A stretch of 64,000 bases of DNA from Octopus sinensis. Its lineage: Eukaryota. The notes under the pieces were generated by a model. That model was not told the DNA's origin. It saw only the letters and a list, made by a program, of their open reading frames with translations, and ran no database searches. The translations under genes and the position numbers were made by a program. The stretch's first letter is position 1; each line of letters opens with the position of its first letter. Location of the stretch: the NCBI RefSeq assembly GCF_006345805.1, contig NC_043003.1, positions 100,378,001-100,442,000 on the forward strand, read 5' to 3'. Positions 49,660-63,030 of the stretch are shown piece by piece.

Positions 49660-50829
49660 CTGAATGAAGAAATACAATCAGTACAAATAAAAGTATGAAC
49701 AGAAATTTCCATGTCTTAAAACTTCAATCTATTAAGCCAATTATCTTTAAAACTCTGCAGCTGCCCCCCTTTTTTTTTCACTATACTCTCTACTCCCTAT
49801 ATGATCTCTACAGCTGTCCACCACCACTGTGTTGGATCCACTAAGGAATGGCACAATCATCTAACTGTGACATTTCTGGAACTTATTTCTTCAATTATCA
49901 CTGAAAACAAATTCATTTTTGGGATACTTCTTCCCAAAGACATTTTGGTTTCTCTTTACATATTTTTCTGCTTCTTAATGACTACTTAGTGCAATGAATT
50001 GGTCCTAATCTTTGATTTCTGTAGCATTAAATGAGACAAACATCCCCTGGATAATATGACAATCATAGGCAACTTTCCCAACAGAAAAACTGAACTTTCT
50101 CAATTTTACAGTGCAACTGACATTATTTAGTCTCATATGAGCCCTGATTGAACAAGCCTATGATCAAGCCATTCCTATCCTGTCCTTTTTCCTTTCAGGT
50201 ACACAGTATCAAGGACTACATTATTCAATCTATTCCTTCTCTGTGATTAGAGTGTAATTTAATTACAGTTTCTTGCAAATCAAGCAATCACAAGGAGGCT
50301 TCTTCAATGGTGCAGCTTGCAGCTGTGTATTGACAGTCATGAATTATATACACTGTAACATAGGCTCATTACAGAAAGTTGACAAAACCAGGCCAATTCC
50401 CAATTTGTAGCCTTTTCTGCAAATACTTTTGAGGATAGGCATAAAAATTCACAACTACTTTCCTACCACTTTTTAAATCAATAAAACTGTTCATTTATTG
50501 ATGAATACCTCCAATCAAAAGCTTAAGCAATTATTTATCCTTGTTGATTCCCAGATCAGCCCTGATCAAGTAGACTTAAGATCAAAAGTCATCCAGCTGT
50601 GATTATTCTATTTTCTTTTCAGATACAGTGTGGTAAATCTAGTACTATATTATCCAGTGTGCCTTTCTTTTATGTAAGACAGTAGAATGTGATTTTAAGG
50701 AAGATAGAGCAGGACATAAATATTTATTCTTCATTTTTTTTTACTAAAACAAGCATTGTGACATCATCTTTATATTTACTTATACTGCATTTCCTGAAAA
50801 ATAAATTTTAGGAATTTATTCTACTTTAT

Positions 50830-51950
50830 TGTTTTTTATTCTTAAATGTAATTGAAATTCATACAGTATGGGTTGGATGTTTCTTCTCCGGCACATTTCC
50901 CTACTTGATAGAATCCTTTTGAGATCAGTTTCCACCCTTCTTTCCATGTCACCTTCTTCCACTTGAATCAAGTGATACTTCTTTACCCAACAGTTATCTT
51001 TCTTACGCATCATATGTCCATACCAGTGGAGTCTGTTCTCCCACACACTATATCTAATTATTCTCATACCCAGTTTTCCTCTCAGCTCATTCCTGCACCA
51101 CTGTTCATACACATTAGCATTACACATCTAGTGACGCATGGTCACCTCATGTCTTTCCAGCATTCACACACCTGCATTCAATACCTATGTCGCTACCATG
51201 CAACATTACACTTCATATATAAATATCAGATACACTAGTTTTCACTAGAATCCCAGTGTTGCCAGCAGAGGTGATAGCTCCCTGAACTTTACCACCCCAT
51301 TCTTACTAACTTCTGTGTTCAGAACCCTCTCCAATGCTAATTGGGTGACCTAAATACAGTATCTATCAATTACTTTTGTGCAGTTGAAACAACTTATATC
51401 ATAGGTACCGCTACTTATTCCTAACACCCTCTACTTATCATCACCAATTAACTTCTCTTTTCCATGCTGGCATGGGTTAGATGGTTTAAATGGAACTGGT
51501 AACTCAGAGCTGCACCAGGCTCCACTGTTTTGGCTTAGTTTCTATTGCTGGATGCCCTTCCCAATGCCAACCCCTCCATCACCTTTGCCTTTGTAGCAGC
51601 TTATCATGCTGCTACACCAGTCACTGGGTGTGACTCTCTCATGGACAGCCTGATTAACTAAATGGGAGATTAGACCATATTCCACTCTGCCAAATATTTT
51701 AAGCATCTCAGTGGTGATTCCTTATGGGCTGAGAGCTTCCCCTGTCTTCATCTCCTTCATAGCTTTATCTACCAAGCTATTGACTATTTGGAATGTTGGT
51801 CCCTTAGTTGGGTCCACATTAGGCAGACTCTCCTTCTCCCATGTTTTCTCAATATTTAGCAGCCTTTCATAGTGGCACTAACAAGCCTCTTTCTTTGCAG
51901 TTCTACATAGGAAAACTTTTTTCTATCAGCCTATCTGGGATTCAACTGCA
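50830..51950 (-). mobile_element. RTE LINE fragments and a SINE tail inside the SNRPA1 intron
   Basis: ORF 50816-51127(-) ENRLHWYGHMMRKKDNCWVKK. (GAT)-type tail at ~51440-51575. RT-upstream fragment at 51590-51950. Confidence 0.7.
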
Positions 51951-52633
51951 TCTTGTGAGTACCTAATCTTTAAGATTAGTTGAATAAAGGATAGAATGTG
52001 AAAGTGCAATACTATCACAAGATTAAGATATCATAGCTCACTGCAGTAGGTATAGTACCCCGGGATGAATTAAAACTATCTACCTCTAATGAGCCAAGCT
52101 GAAAATTTATAAGTTTATGACTAGGAATATTCAGCCAGAAAAACACTTCAACTCTTGTTTTTCTTTGTTGCTTTTATACCAATAGTAAAATAGTTCTTAC
52201 TTTAATTCTAGAAGCTTCATAGGAATATTAAATTTGATGGGTAATTTCTCAAACACCAGAAGAATGAAAGACAGTTTGTTACCCCTAACTAAACACTACT
52301 GCTGAGATTTAATTGTTTACTTAATTCAAATAAAGCCAACTGTGGGTCTTTTTCTTAAAACTAATTAGTAGAAGAAAGGAGTACATCAATGAGCTGGTGT
52401 TTATAATATATTTGTACATAAATCATGCAAATGTTTGTGTACATTATAGTAGCAGCAGCATCACAGATAAGGGGGCTATACTCTAATGTGAGTCTAAGAT
52501 TTTGTGGAGTCAGCAACTAATCAGAGTTGAATCATTTTCTGACCATAAATACAATGAAAAGTCATACCATATAATCCACTCCAGTCTAAAAATAAATAAC
52601 ATAAAAATATATGAAATAAATAAGAATACTAAC

Positions 52634-52759
52634 CTCAAATATTTAAGATTTTTACAATTGGCCAAATTGTCAAGATCAGATAATTCTTGAATACTGTTGT
52701 TTGTTAAAATTATAGTTTCCAAGTTGGGTACAGATAATTCTAAATCCTCACCAATCCGC
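52634..52759 (-). CDS. SNRPA1: U2 snRNP A' coding exon (126 bp, leucine-rich repeats)
   Basis: Acceptor CTGTTACAG| and donor |GTTAGT. Encodes RIGEDLELSVPNLETIILTNNSIQELSDLDNLANCKNLKYLS, matching human RIGEGLDQALPCLTELILTNNSLVELGDLDPLASLKSLTYLS. Phase 2 at both ends. The intron to the next exon is 2974 nt. Confidence 0.93.
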
Positions 52760-53344
52760 CTGTAACAGAAAGAGATATTTTAGACATTGTCTATAAAATT
52801 TTATTTAGAGATAATAATACAAGGCACAAGTAGAAAAAATGAATTTTTCCATATCTACATTAAATGCAAACACTAGTTAAGGACCTGCATATAAGCATTC
52901 TTTTTGGAAATCCTGTATGCACCAATGTTCTCAAGTCTATATCTACCATGGTGATTTTCAACCATTACAAACAGAGCACATATTTTCATCAATCATGTAG
53001 TACTTACCCACTCTCATTATATTCCTATACCTGACTGGTATGTAAATTTATACTCAATTTACATAACATTGAACAATACATGAGATGATTCTTTTAGTGT
53101 ATGTGCGTGTGTCTCAGGTAATTTTTTAGTGCTACTGGTAACGTAAACCAGTACAACTTGTTGCACAGTCGGGTCATCTGTGATTAAAGTGCTAACCCCA
53201 CCAAGCTTGCTTAGTGGTGAGGCAGGTGTTTTTGGACATCCTGTGGGACAAAAAACAAAACCTACCAAAGAGCAGAGGAACTCATGAGAGTCAGTGGCCA
53301 TACAATAATGTACACATGTGTTTACAACATATGGTGTGGGATTG

Positions 53345-53883
53345 TATATTCAACAAGATCTATGCCAAGCAAAAGACACCTTGAGTATGCCCAAGCCACC
53401 AACCTTCAAAAAGCAAATTGGCGAGCAGTTTACTTAAATAAGCAGAACCAAAATTGAAGTCGATCGACATCAATGGAAATTGCAGCTGTGATACCAGTGC
53501 CGGTGACAAGTAAGCGAACCATCCGATCGTGGCTGTTGCCAGCGCCGCCTCGCCTGGCCCCCGTGCCGGTGGCACGTAAAAAGCACTGTCTGATCGTGGC
53601 TGTTGCCAGCCTCATTTGGCCCCTGTGCCGGTGGCATGTAAAAAGCACCATCCGTCCGTGGCCGTTTACCAGCCCCGTCTGGCACCTGTGCGGGTGGCAC
53701 GTAAAAAGCACCCACTACACTCACGGAGTGGTTGGTGTTAGGAAGGGCATCCAGCCGTAGAAACACTGCCAGATCAGACTGGGCCTGATGCAGCCTTCTG
53801 GCTTCCCAGACCCCAGTTGAACCATCCAACCCATGCTAGCATGGAAAACGGACGCTAAATGATGATGATGATGATGATGATGT
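53345..53883 (+). mobile_element. SINE with internal ~55-bp tandem repeats and (GAT)n tail
   Basis: GGCAC/TGTAAAAAGCAC repeated three times, then GGAGTGGTTGGTGTTAGGAAGGGCATCCAGCC...(GAT)n. Confidence 0.8.
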
Positions 53884-55034
53884 ATAGCACTGCTTCTTTT
53901 GCTTTTCAAAATCTGCAGGATTATGATAAATCAAGTCAGAAACCTAAATTTGTAACCTAGTCAGTATCTGACATGCAGCACATCGTGCACTCAAACAAGC
54001 CATGCTCTACAGGGAGAGTGTGTTTTGTGAACCATAAGCAAAGTCCACTATAATTAAATTCATAGTGCAGGTCATTGAGTCACAGGAATACAAAAAGAAA
54101 AAAAATCCTATGGCAATGAAGTGATAGTGACAGAGATAGGTGGAGGATACCATTGGTGGTCTCAAGCTGGAGCTTCGCACATATGGTAGTAAGAAGTAGA
54201 TGGCATTCTGTAAAACATCTGTGAGCAATTTCATAGTTTGCATCCTCTTAACTACAAAGCAGTTTCTTTAGGATAACATTGCTTTCCCACATACAGAAGG
54301 GGGTTAGAAAACATGCTCTAAAAATTGTTTGCTCACTCAATCATGTCATCCTACTGTAAATGACAGGATGTCCAACAATGCAGTTGAAATATTGAAGAAA
54401 ACAGAAGAAAACAGAAGAAAACAAAAAAAAAAATCAAATATTTTTGTGCAGCTGGGAATGTACAAACACTACAAGACCATAAGAAACATCCAGATTGAAC
54501 AGCACTTGTTGCTCATGTTCTGAAAGAAAAACATAACAATATTGCTGCACTCTCAGAGACAAGACTTACAGTATGTAAGCAGCTGAAGTAATTAGCGGTA
54601 ACCTAGTTAGTAACTGGATAAGTAAATCTGCGACAGAGAAAAGGCAATCAGGCATAGGGTTTGCAATCAAGAATGAGTTAGCAAACAAACATGACTCTCT
54701 ACAGATCAAAGTAAGTGACCATCTTTTGACAATTCAAATTTCAATTAGCTCTCATAGATACGCTACACTTATCAATGCATATTCCCCAACTTAAAATTCT
54801 ATAGACACTGCCATGAAGTAAGTTCTTTTCTGATTTAAAAGAATTGCTAAAGAGATATCCATGCAATGACAAGATTGTTCTCATGGGATATTTTACATCT
54901 GTGAGCAGGCTCAGACTATCTTAATTTACTTAATAGTTTTGACAGACCAGGAATTATTAAAATAAACTCAAATGGGATTTTGCTTCTTTCCAAGTGTAGT
55001 GAGTTTGGACTTTGTGTAATCAATATTCCCTTTC

Positions 55035-58000
55035 TGTTGTGGAGATCGCTAACCAATAGAATTCAAAGTTCTAGAAGTTGCGAGAACGTTCATAGGCGTC
55101 TTGGTTTTTGGTTTACGTTATTATTAATCTTGAGTATTACAGCTGGAATAAATAGACTTCACACCTATCTGGAGTACCACTGTGTTTTCTTCTTTGTGAG
55201 TAAATGAGAGAAGTATTTTGAATCACAAACACACCTATCTGGATTATTACTCTATTCTTTGTAAGTAAACAAGAGAAATATAATAAATCTGTGTCGCCAG
55301 TAGGATACTGTCATCATTTTTGCGAAGTGGACATCTTACAATAGGATATGAAAGACTATTCTTGCAGAGCGGACTTTTTACCTTGACACTCAGATATAAT
55401 TATCTGAAAAGTAAACAACCAGTTTTGCACATAAGCTTCATTTTAGATAAGTCAATAATTTAACTATTTTTACGTTGATAATAATAGCGAAATAAAGCAG
55501 TGAGCTGATAAAGTTACTCACACAACAACTTCAACTTCAGAGGGAACAAATGGAGAAGATATGGAAGCTTTCAGAAGGCTGATTCAAGTTCAAGTTTATG
55601 AAACTATTTGTTGCTTTTGACACAGCATCTGAATTGTGGCCTGATTACTGGTCAACAATTCTGAACCTTTATTATGGCAAATGCTGTGCCTGACCAGTGC
55701 AAGACTCAAATTTTTTTGACATTCATAAACAACTGGCAAATCTGGCTACTCAACAGAGTCCACCAGAGGATATTAACGAGCTGACAATGGTGGAAATTGC
55801 CAGCTTTATGAAGGAACAATTTAACCCAAAACATTTCAGTGTGAGGGAACATTTCAAGTTCTGGAGTGACATGCAATAGAAACCAGGCGAAACTCTCCAG
55901 GAACTAGCAGCACATATACAACAAGACGCTGTTATCTCTAACATTCCTTCTATCACAGACCCACAAGATGACGCTCTTAGAGTTTCAGATGTTCTATCAA
56001 CAATAAAGCGGTCTTAAAGGTTCTTTTTAAGATCAAGGACACAGAACTGGACTTTGCCTGTACTGTTCAAGTCGCAATAGAGACCGAAGATGTAGCAAAG
56101 GTTGCCAAAAAAACTGTCTATGATTCCAAGACCAGGCCTGTCAACAAGGTCAAGTAACCCCAGAACAAGGGTCAATGAATAAACCATCAGCAGTCTAATT
56201 CCACAGACCCTGAGTTGAAGTATTACAGAAGTGAAAAGGCCCATAAAGTTACAAACTGTCCTTACAAAGAAGTCAAATGCCACTCTTGTGACAAGAAAGG
56301 ACATTTGGAAGCTGTTTGTATGAAGAAGCAATGACAGCAAAGGGGAACATCGTTCCAAACCTTCTGTGAAGCGAATCACAAAAGCAGAGCTAGACAAAGC
56401 AATCTTAAGTGAATTTCCCAACAATACTTCTAAGTTAGTTGTGCCAATCACAACCTAGAACCAACAGCTCATAATGGAACTTGACACTGCAACTACTGGA
56501 AATTTCATTTCTTTGCTGATCTGGAAACAACTAGGGAAACCAAAGCTAGATGATGTCCAACATAGCTACGAGTCTGCCAGCAAGCATGACCTGCATATGC
56601 TAAGAACTTTCATGGCCGAAACCAAGGATCCAATGACTGGGAAGCAAAGTACAATTCCTTACATTGTCACCAAGATCCTTGACCTGAACTTGCTGGGATG
56701 AAACACTATCCAAACACTAGGAATTTCTGTAGACAATGCTCTTGGACTGAAATGCATAGAGAGTCAAGACAAGAATAAGGTGCAAAAACATCACATCCTA
56801 AATCCTCTAATGAGCCTTATGCTTCCCTGCAACAACATTGCCACAATCTCTGTGGCAAGTTTCCAAATCTTTTCAAAGACAAATTGGGATGTCTTAAGGA
56901 TTTTGAACTGGAAGTGAAATTCAAGTCTGATGCAAAGCTGGTTTTTCATAAGGGACGACCGGTTCCATTCGCTCTTCGTGCTGACCTGGCCAAAGGTTAC
57001 AAAGAAGGTATTGCAAAAGAAGTCTGGAAGCAAGTCCAGATCAACAAATATGAAACGTCAATGGTACCAATTCACAAAGCACATAATCCAGGCACTCCGA
57101 AGCCCATGTCACAGATTTGTGGTGACTACTCAGTTGGCATCAACGATCAACTAGAAGTACACCATCATCCAATACTGCTCCCAGAGGAACTGATGCAGAA
57201 GCTGGGAGGTGGATATGGTTATACGAAGATTAAACTGGCACCAGAGAGTTAACAAAGGCTAGCCCTCAGAACTCACTGTGGGGTACCCCTGCAACAACAA
57301 CTGCCATTTGGAATTGAATCAGCACCTGGTTACTTTCAGGAGATCGTGGATAACCTGACCAGTGATCTGCCTAGAGTTGCTGTTTTACAAGATAATGTGC
57401 ATGTCAGTGGGAAAGATGTAAGTGACCACTTGAGCAACCTGAAGCGTTTGCTCTCTCATCTAAATGACAAAGGACTCAGATGTCACTGTGAAAAGTGCTT
57501 GTTCACACCAACCAGTGTGGAATATCTTGGCCACACCTTATCAGCCAAAGGAATCATGAAGGGATCCAAGGTCAAAGCAGTCATGAAGATGCCACCCACT
57601 ATAGATGTCTCAAGCTTAAAGTCCTTCTTAAGTTTGGTTCAGTTCTACGGGAAGTTTATCCCAAACCTAACCACTTTAGTGTTTAGCCAAGAAGGCAACT
57701 CCTTGGAAGTGAGGAGATGAGGAGCAAAGAGCATTTAAACAGTTGAAAAGCTTATTATCTTCAGATCAAATCCTTGTATATTTCAACCCAGACAAGCTTC
57801 TTGGACTGGCTTGTGATGCATCCAATGTCAGAATTGGAGCTGTCTTGTTTCATCGCTACCCAATTGCCAATGTGTCAAAGACACTCACGTCTGAAGAAAG
57901 AAACTACAGGCATATTCACAAGGAAACCCTATCCATTATCTTTGGCTTGCAGAAATTCTACCAGTATCTGTACAAACACCACTTCATACGGGTGACTGAT

Positions 58001-59799
58001 CATAAACCACTGACGGCACTGTTCAGCCCGAAAAATGGGACACCGCTTCTCACAGCCAACCAACTAGCTCGATGGGCCTTGTGGCTGAACCAGTTTGACT
58101 ACACAATTGAGTACAGGAAAACAGCGGATCATGGCAATGCAGTCACTTACCATTTGGAAATGACGACGACTTTGACAAGGAGGAAATTGGTGAAGACATG
58201 GACATGGTGTGTGCCATTAGAGTTCTCAGTCTTCAAGTCAAACCTTTAGACAGAAATATCCAGTGATGACTATAGTGATGTGCTATGTCCACGAAGGGTG
58301 GCCACTGAAGTACACTGAGACCAATGCTGTAGTCGGAAAGTTCTAGAAGTTGCTGGATTCACTCAGTATCTACCACGGATGCCTCATCCAAAGATCAAGA
58401 GTTGTGATTCCACAGAGCCTACAGTCCAATAACTTACTGCATATCAGACACTTCAACATGGAACATATGAAGCAATTAGCAAGAACTGCTGTCTACTAGC
58501 CTGGTATTGATGCAGCTATTGAAATGGCTAGTCGATGATGTGTGGCAGACATCAAAACAAGCCATCCAAGCCTGTAGTTCACTCATGGATGCTACCAGAG
58601 AAGCCATAGAGCTGTTTACATATGGATCATACCATCAACATCATGAATACAAACTGGCTGGTGATCACAAACGCTTTCTTGTGATATCCATGTAATTCAT
58701 CTGTCATCCACATCCACTAGAGCCACTCTAGATGCGCTGAAAGAGGACTTTGCTAACTTCAGATATCCTCACATGCTGGTCACAGATAATGCATCAACTT
58801 TCCTTTCTGAAGAATTTCAGAGCTGGTGCAAAAAATGTGGGATCTTACATCTGACAGGTGCACCATACCATCCAACTACTAACAGTGCAGCAGAACGTCT
58901 GGTGCAGTTTTTCAAGTAAGCACTGAGACAGTCTTCTCTGCCCCCAAAACAAGCTCTTCAGGAATTTTTGATGCAGTACTGGAGAACGCTGACATCCTGT
59001 GGACTCTCTCCAAGTGAAATCTTGATGTCCCAGCAGATTTGAACTAGGATTGACTCTGTTGCCCTCTCCATCACACATAGTTCAAGGCAAGCAATCCAAG
59101 GTGTCATCAAAGCCAAAGATGACAACAGATTCAGATGTCGCCAAGGTAACCAAGCAGTACAAGACTAGTGATCCTGTATATGCACTATGGACCTCGCCAT
59201 GACAAGCAACCCTGATGGATAGTTGCAGTCATCACAAAGTCTTTGGGTACTCATTTCAACATCAAGGTTTCTCCTCATGGCCCAGTATGCAGATGACACT
59301 GGGAACCACTACATCCATGCTATGCTTCTGCAGAGGACTGCGAACCTGGCTTCCAACAAAACATTCAATGGAAATCCTGGAAGAAAGGCCATAACCCCAA
59401 AGACAGACCAGACCACTTCTATCTAAAACCAAACTGCTTGTACCAAAGTATGAACTGGACAACTCAAGACAATCTAAAAGAACACCCAAACCTAGACTTT
59501 GTTGTTGATTCTTCTAGTGTAACATCAGTTTTGGTGGGGATGTGTTGTGGAGATTGCTAGCTAATAGAATTCAAAGTTCTGGAACTTGCAAGAACATTCA
59601 CAAGGTGTCTCAATTTTTGGTTTACGTTATTATTACAGTCTTGAGTTTTACAGTTGGAATAAACAGACTTCACACTTATCTGCAATACCACTGTGTTTTC
59701 TTCTTTGAGAGTAAATGAGAGAAGTATTTTGAATAACAGACAACACACCTACCTGGATAACTACTCTATTCTTTGCAAGTAAACAAGAGAAATATAACA
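55035..59799 (+). mobile_element. Ty3/Gypsy (Mag-like) LTR retrotransposon, 4.8 kb, full structure but decayed
   Basis: LTRs at 55035-55285 and 59543-59799 (TGTTGT...TAACA). TSD CTTTC at 55030-55034 and 59800-59804. Gag knuckle CHSCDKKGHLEAVC, protease MELDTAT, RT LPFGIESAPGYFQ and VLQDNV, RNase H LACDASNVRIGAVL, integrase GAPYHPTTNSAAERLVQ. Confidence 0.92.
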
Positions 59800-61632
59800 C
59801 TTTCAACTATCAGATAGATATAAAACCACCTGGAGACATTCTGTATCTGAACATGGTCACACAAAATCAACTATATAATTGTGTGTAGCCATGATTAAAA
59901 TGAAAATATAAGATCATTTCAGATAGCAGCATGTTGGCCCAACCATATTTTAGCCAAAGCTTGTTATAAAATATAATTATAAACAATTTCCAAACAAGTT
60001 AGATGTGTCAAAGATCAAAGCTGATACAATTAGGCTATTAATATCACAGAAAATGTAGAAAAATCATACTCTTTTAAGACATATAATTTATGAGTCATTT
60101 AGAGAGGTTCTTGGTTTTCCTCACTGGAAACATCAAGATTGGTTTGATAGAAATGATGACGCTATCAATAGAGAACAAAAAATGTACAGACTGTTGTCAA
60201 AAGAAAAAAGAATATCAAGTGGCCAAAAGGCTAAACTGCATAGAACAAAGCAACCATGGTGGGAAGAGGAAGCTAAAACTATTCGAGAGGCCACAGATAA
60301 ACATGATATGAAATCTATCAAAATCTAAGGGTGTATTTGAACCTAGTAAAGATGGTTGCTTTCGTATCCTATCTGCCGAGGGAAATTTACTTACAGATTG
60401 ACAGGATTTAATAAAGATGTGCTCAGCAGAGAATCAAATGTAACTGATAACCTCCTTTGGAGTCCTGTGATGCAGTTTCTTGCACCAGCACCATCCATAG
60501 CAGAAGTTAAAATATATATCAAACAACAATCTAATGGAAAATTCCCTGCAGAGAATGGAATTCCTGGAGAAATTTTTAAACTAATAAAGTAACTGAACTA
60601 TGAATAAATTTATGGAACTCTGGAGTAATCCCACAACAATTTGTACAAATAGAAAGGCAACAAAGTGAATGGTCACATTGTGGCATCTCATTCCTTTCAA
60701 TTGCTGGAAAATCCTCTGAAGTGATTTTAAATAGAATAAATGCTGACTTAGTGAACACTGTATATCCTGAAAGCCAGTGTGGTTTCCAGGCTGGCCACTG
60801 AACAATAGACAGGATATCTAGCCAGTGGCAGGTACAGGAGAAAATTCACAAACATAAAGATCTCTATGTAATATTTGTTGATTTCAGATAGGCCTTTGAC
60901 ACAGTGTGTACTGAGGCATTATGAAAGGTCCTGGCAAAACTTAGGATATCTGAAGAAATGATGAATATAATTATAACATTGCACAAGGGAAGATGAAAGC
61001 CTTTATTATTTCAAATGGCGATCAATCACAGCCATTTGGAGTGACAAATGGTACAAAACAAAGATGTGTGCTGGCCCCAATGTTATTTGCATTGTTTTTT
61101 GTAGTCATGATAAAACATGCCTTTGCTGATGCTGTAGGAATTCCTGTGGAATATTATACCATGGAGAAATTTACAATCAGCAAGTTTATGCTTTCAAACT
61201 GTAGGAGACTTGCTATTTGCAGATGATTGCGCACTACTTACCCATTCTCTTGAAGACATCCAAAAAGACTAAACAAACTTGCTGCAGATGCCAGATCTTT
61301 TGGCCCGATGAAAAGGATTAAAAAGATCAAACTCCTCTTTCAGCCATGTCCTAGCAATAATCCAAAGATTGTGCCAAAAGTGTTTGTAGAAGGAAAAGCT
61401 CTAAAAACAGTCACTTCTTTTACCTATCTTGGTTGTACTACGACAAATGATGCTAAGCTTAATAAAGAAATTGAAACATATATAAGTAAAGCAAGTTCAG
61501 CATTTGGCAAACAATACCAGACTTTGGAATACCCATGATGTCTGTAAAAACCATAACTGAAATCTACAAAGCATTCATCATAACAACTCTACTGGGGGCA
61601 GAGACTTGAACCCCTTACCAGAAGCATATTAA

Positions 61633-63030
61633 CCCTTTCGTTACTAACCCGTCTGAAAAATTTTTTGGTTCATAATACCAACCCAGCCGAGAGAACCTAT
61701 TGTTATTTAAATGTAAATTTGAACCCAAATGTCGTTGGTACATTTGTTAAAACATGTGATTTCACTTTGTAAATAGTTGGCTTATAGTATCCGACATTGC
61801 TTGAAGTGATATCTCAACTCAGTGAATTTTAGGAGATTTTTTCCCACATTTTTTTTCGGCATCGATTTTTCTTCAACTTTGAAAATGGATAGGAGTTTCA
61901 TGTTATTAAGCATTGATTCCGAATTTAAAGCTTTTTCTATGGAAAATAGGGAGATATCGAGAAAAAGAATGAATGAGATCTTAAAGCACGTGGTGTACAA
62001 TAAAGAAAAGGATATTTATTTTATCCGTTAACCGAAAGCAGCGATGGCAACAGCAAGACGATTTTACATCGGAATGAAGTAAAAAACTTTAAAAATGTTT
62101 TTATTAGCAATTTTTCTGAGGAGATAGTTTATCTATAGTCTTTCTTAGGAAGCGAAACCATTAGACTTTTATTTTTTTCAGTATGCTAGTTTGAAGCAAT
62201 CACTTTGGAAACAAATTTACGCAGATTGTAAACAAACACAAAATGGGGGATTCAAGTTTGGAAAATTTGTGAAGCAAATACTGGGTACTGTTGCGGATTT
62301 AGTTTTTATACAGGGAAACTAATGTTAGTCAGACTGGCTTAGGGTATGATGTGGTCTGGAAGTTATTGTTTGAAGCGATCAATGCGGAAACAAATTTACG
62401 CAGATTGTAAGCAAACACAAAATAGGGGATCAAAGTTCGGAAAATTTGTGAAGCAAATACTGGGTACTGCAGTGGATTTAGTTTTTATACAAGGAAAATA
62501 ATGTTAGTCAGCATGGCCTAGGGAACGATGTGGTCTGGAATTTATCACTTCCATACCATAACCAGGGCCGTATATTATTTTTTGACCGATTTCTTTAGTT
62601 CGGTCAAACTTGCGGTGGGTTCCGGTATTTCAGTTTATTCCACCTTTATGGTACACCTGTTGTGCATTAAATTCAACTGATGATCTAGTGATGTGCACAA
62701 TTCTTCTTTATCAAAATTTTGTTGCATACCCATTTAAATATTAGCTGATGATTCATTTTCTATGGTGATGTTTAAACAAAATTTTAATATTTTTACCTTT
62801 TGCTCAATTTACCTGGATTTACTTGTAATTAAAGTCATTTTGAGACAAAAGTTATGCAATAGGATTGATTAAGAACCCTTTCTTTAATTATGTTCCAAAT
62901 ATCACATTGATATGTTGATAAGTAAAAAAGTTAGTTATTTAATGAAACAAGCCTAAATTCATGATTATTTTAGAATTTAATTGAAACTCATGAGGGGGGT
63001 ATTTTGGTCAGAAATATAGTAACGAAAGGG
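61633..63030 (+). mobile_element. Non-autonomous piggyBac (copy 3)
   Basis: TTAA(61629-32)-CCCTTTCGTTACT...AGTAACGAAAGGG-TTAA(63031-34). Colinear with copy 2, including the internal duplication. Confidence 0.9.
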
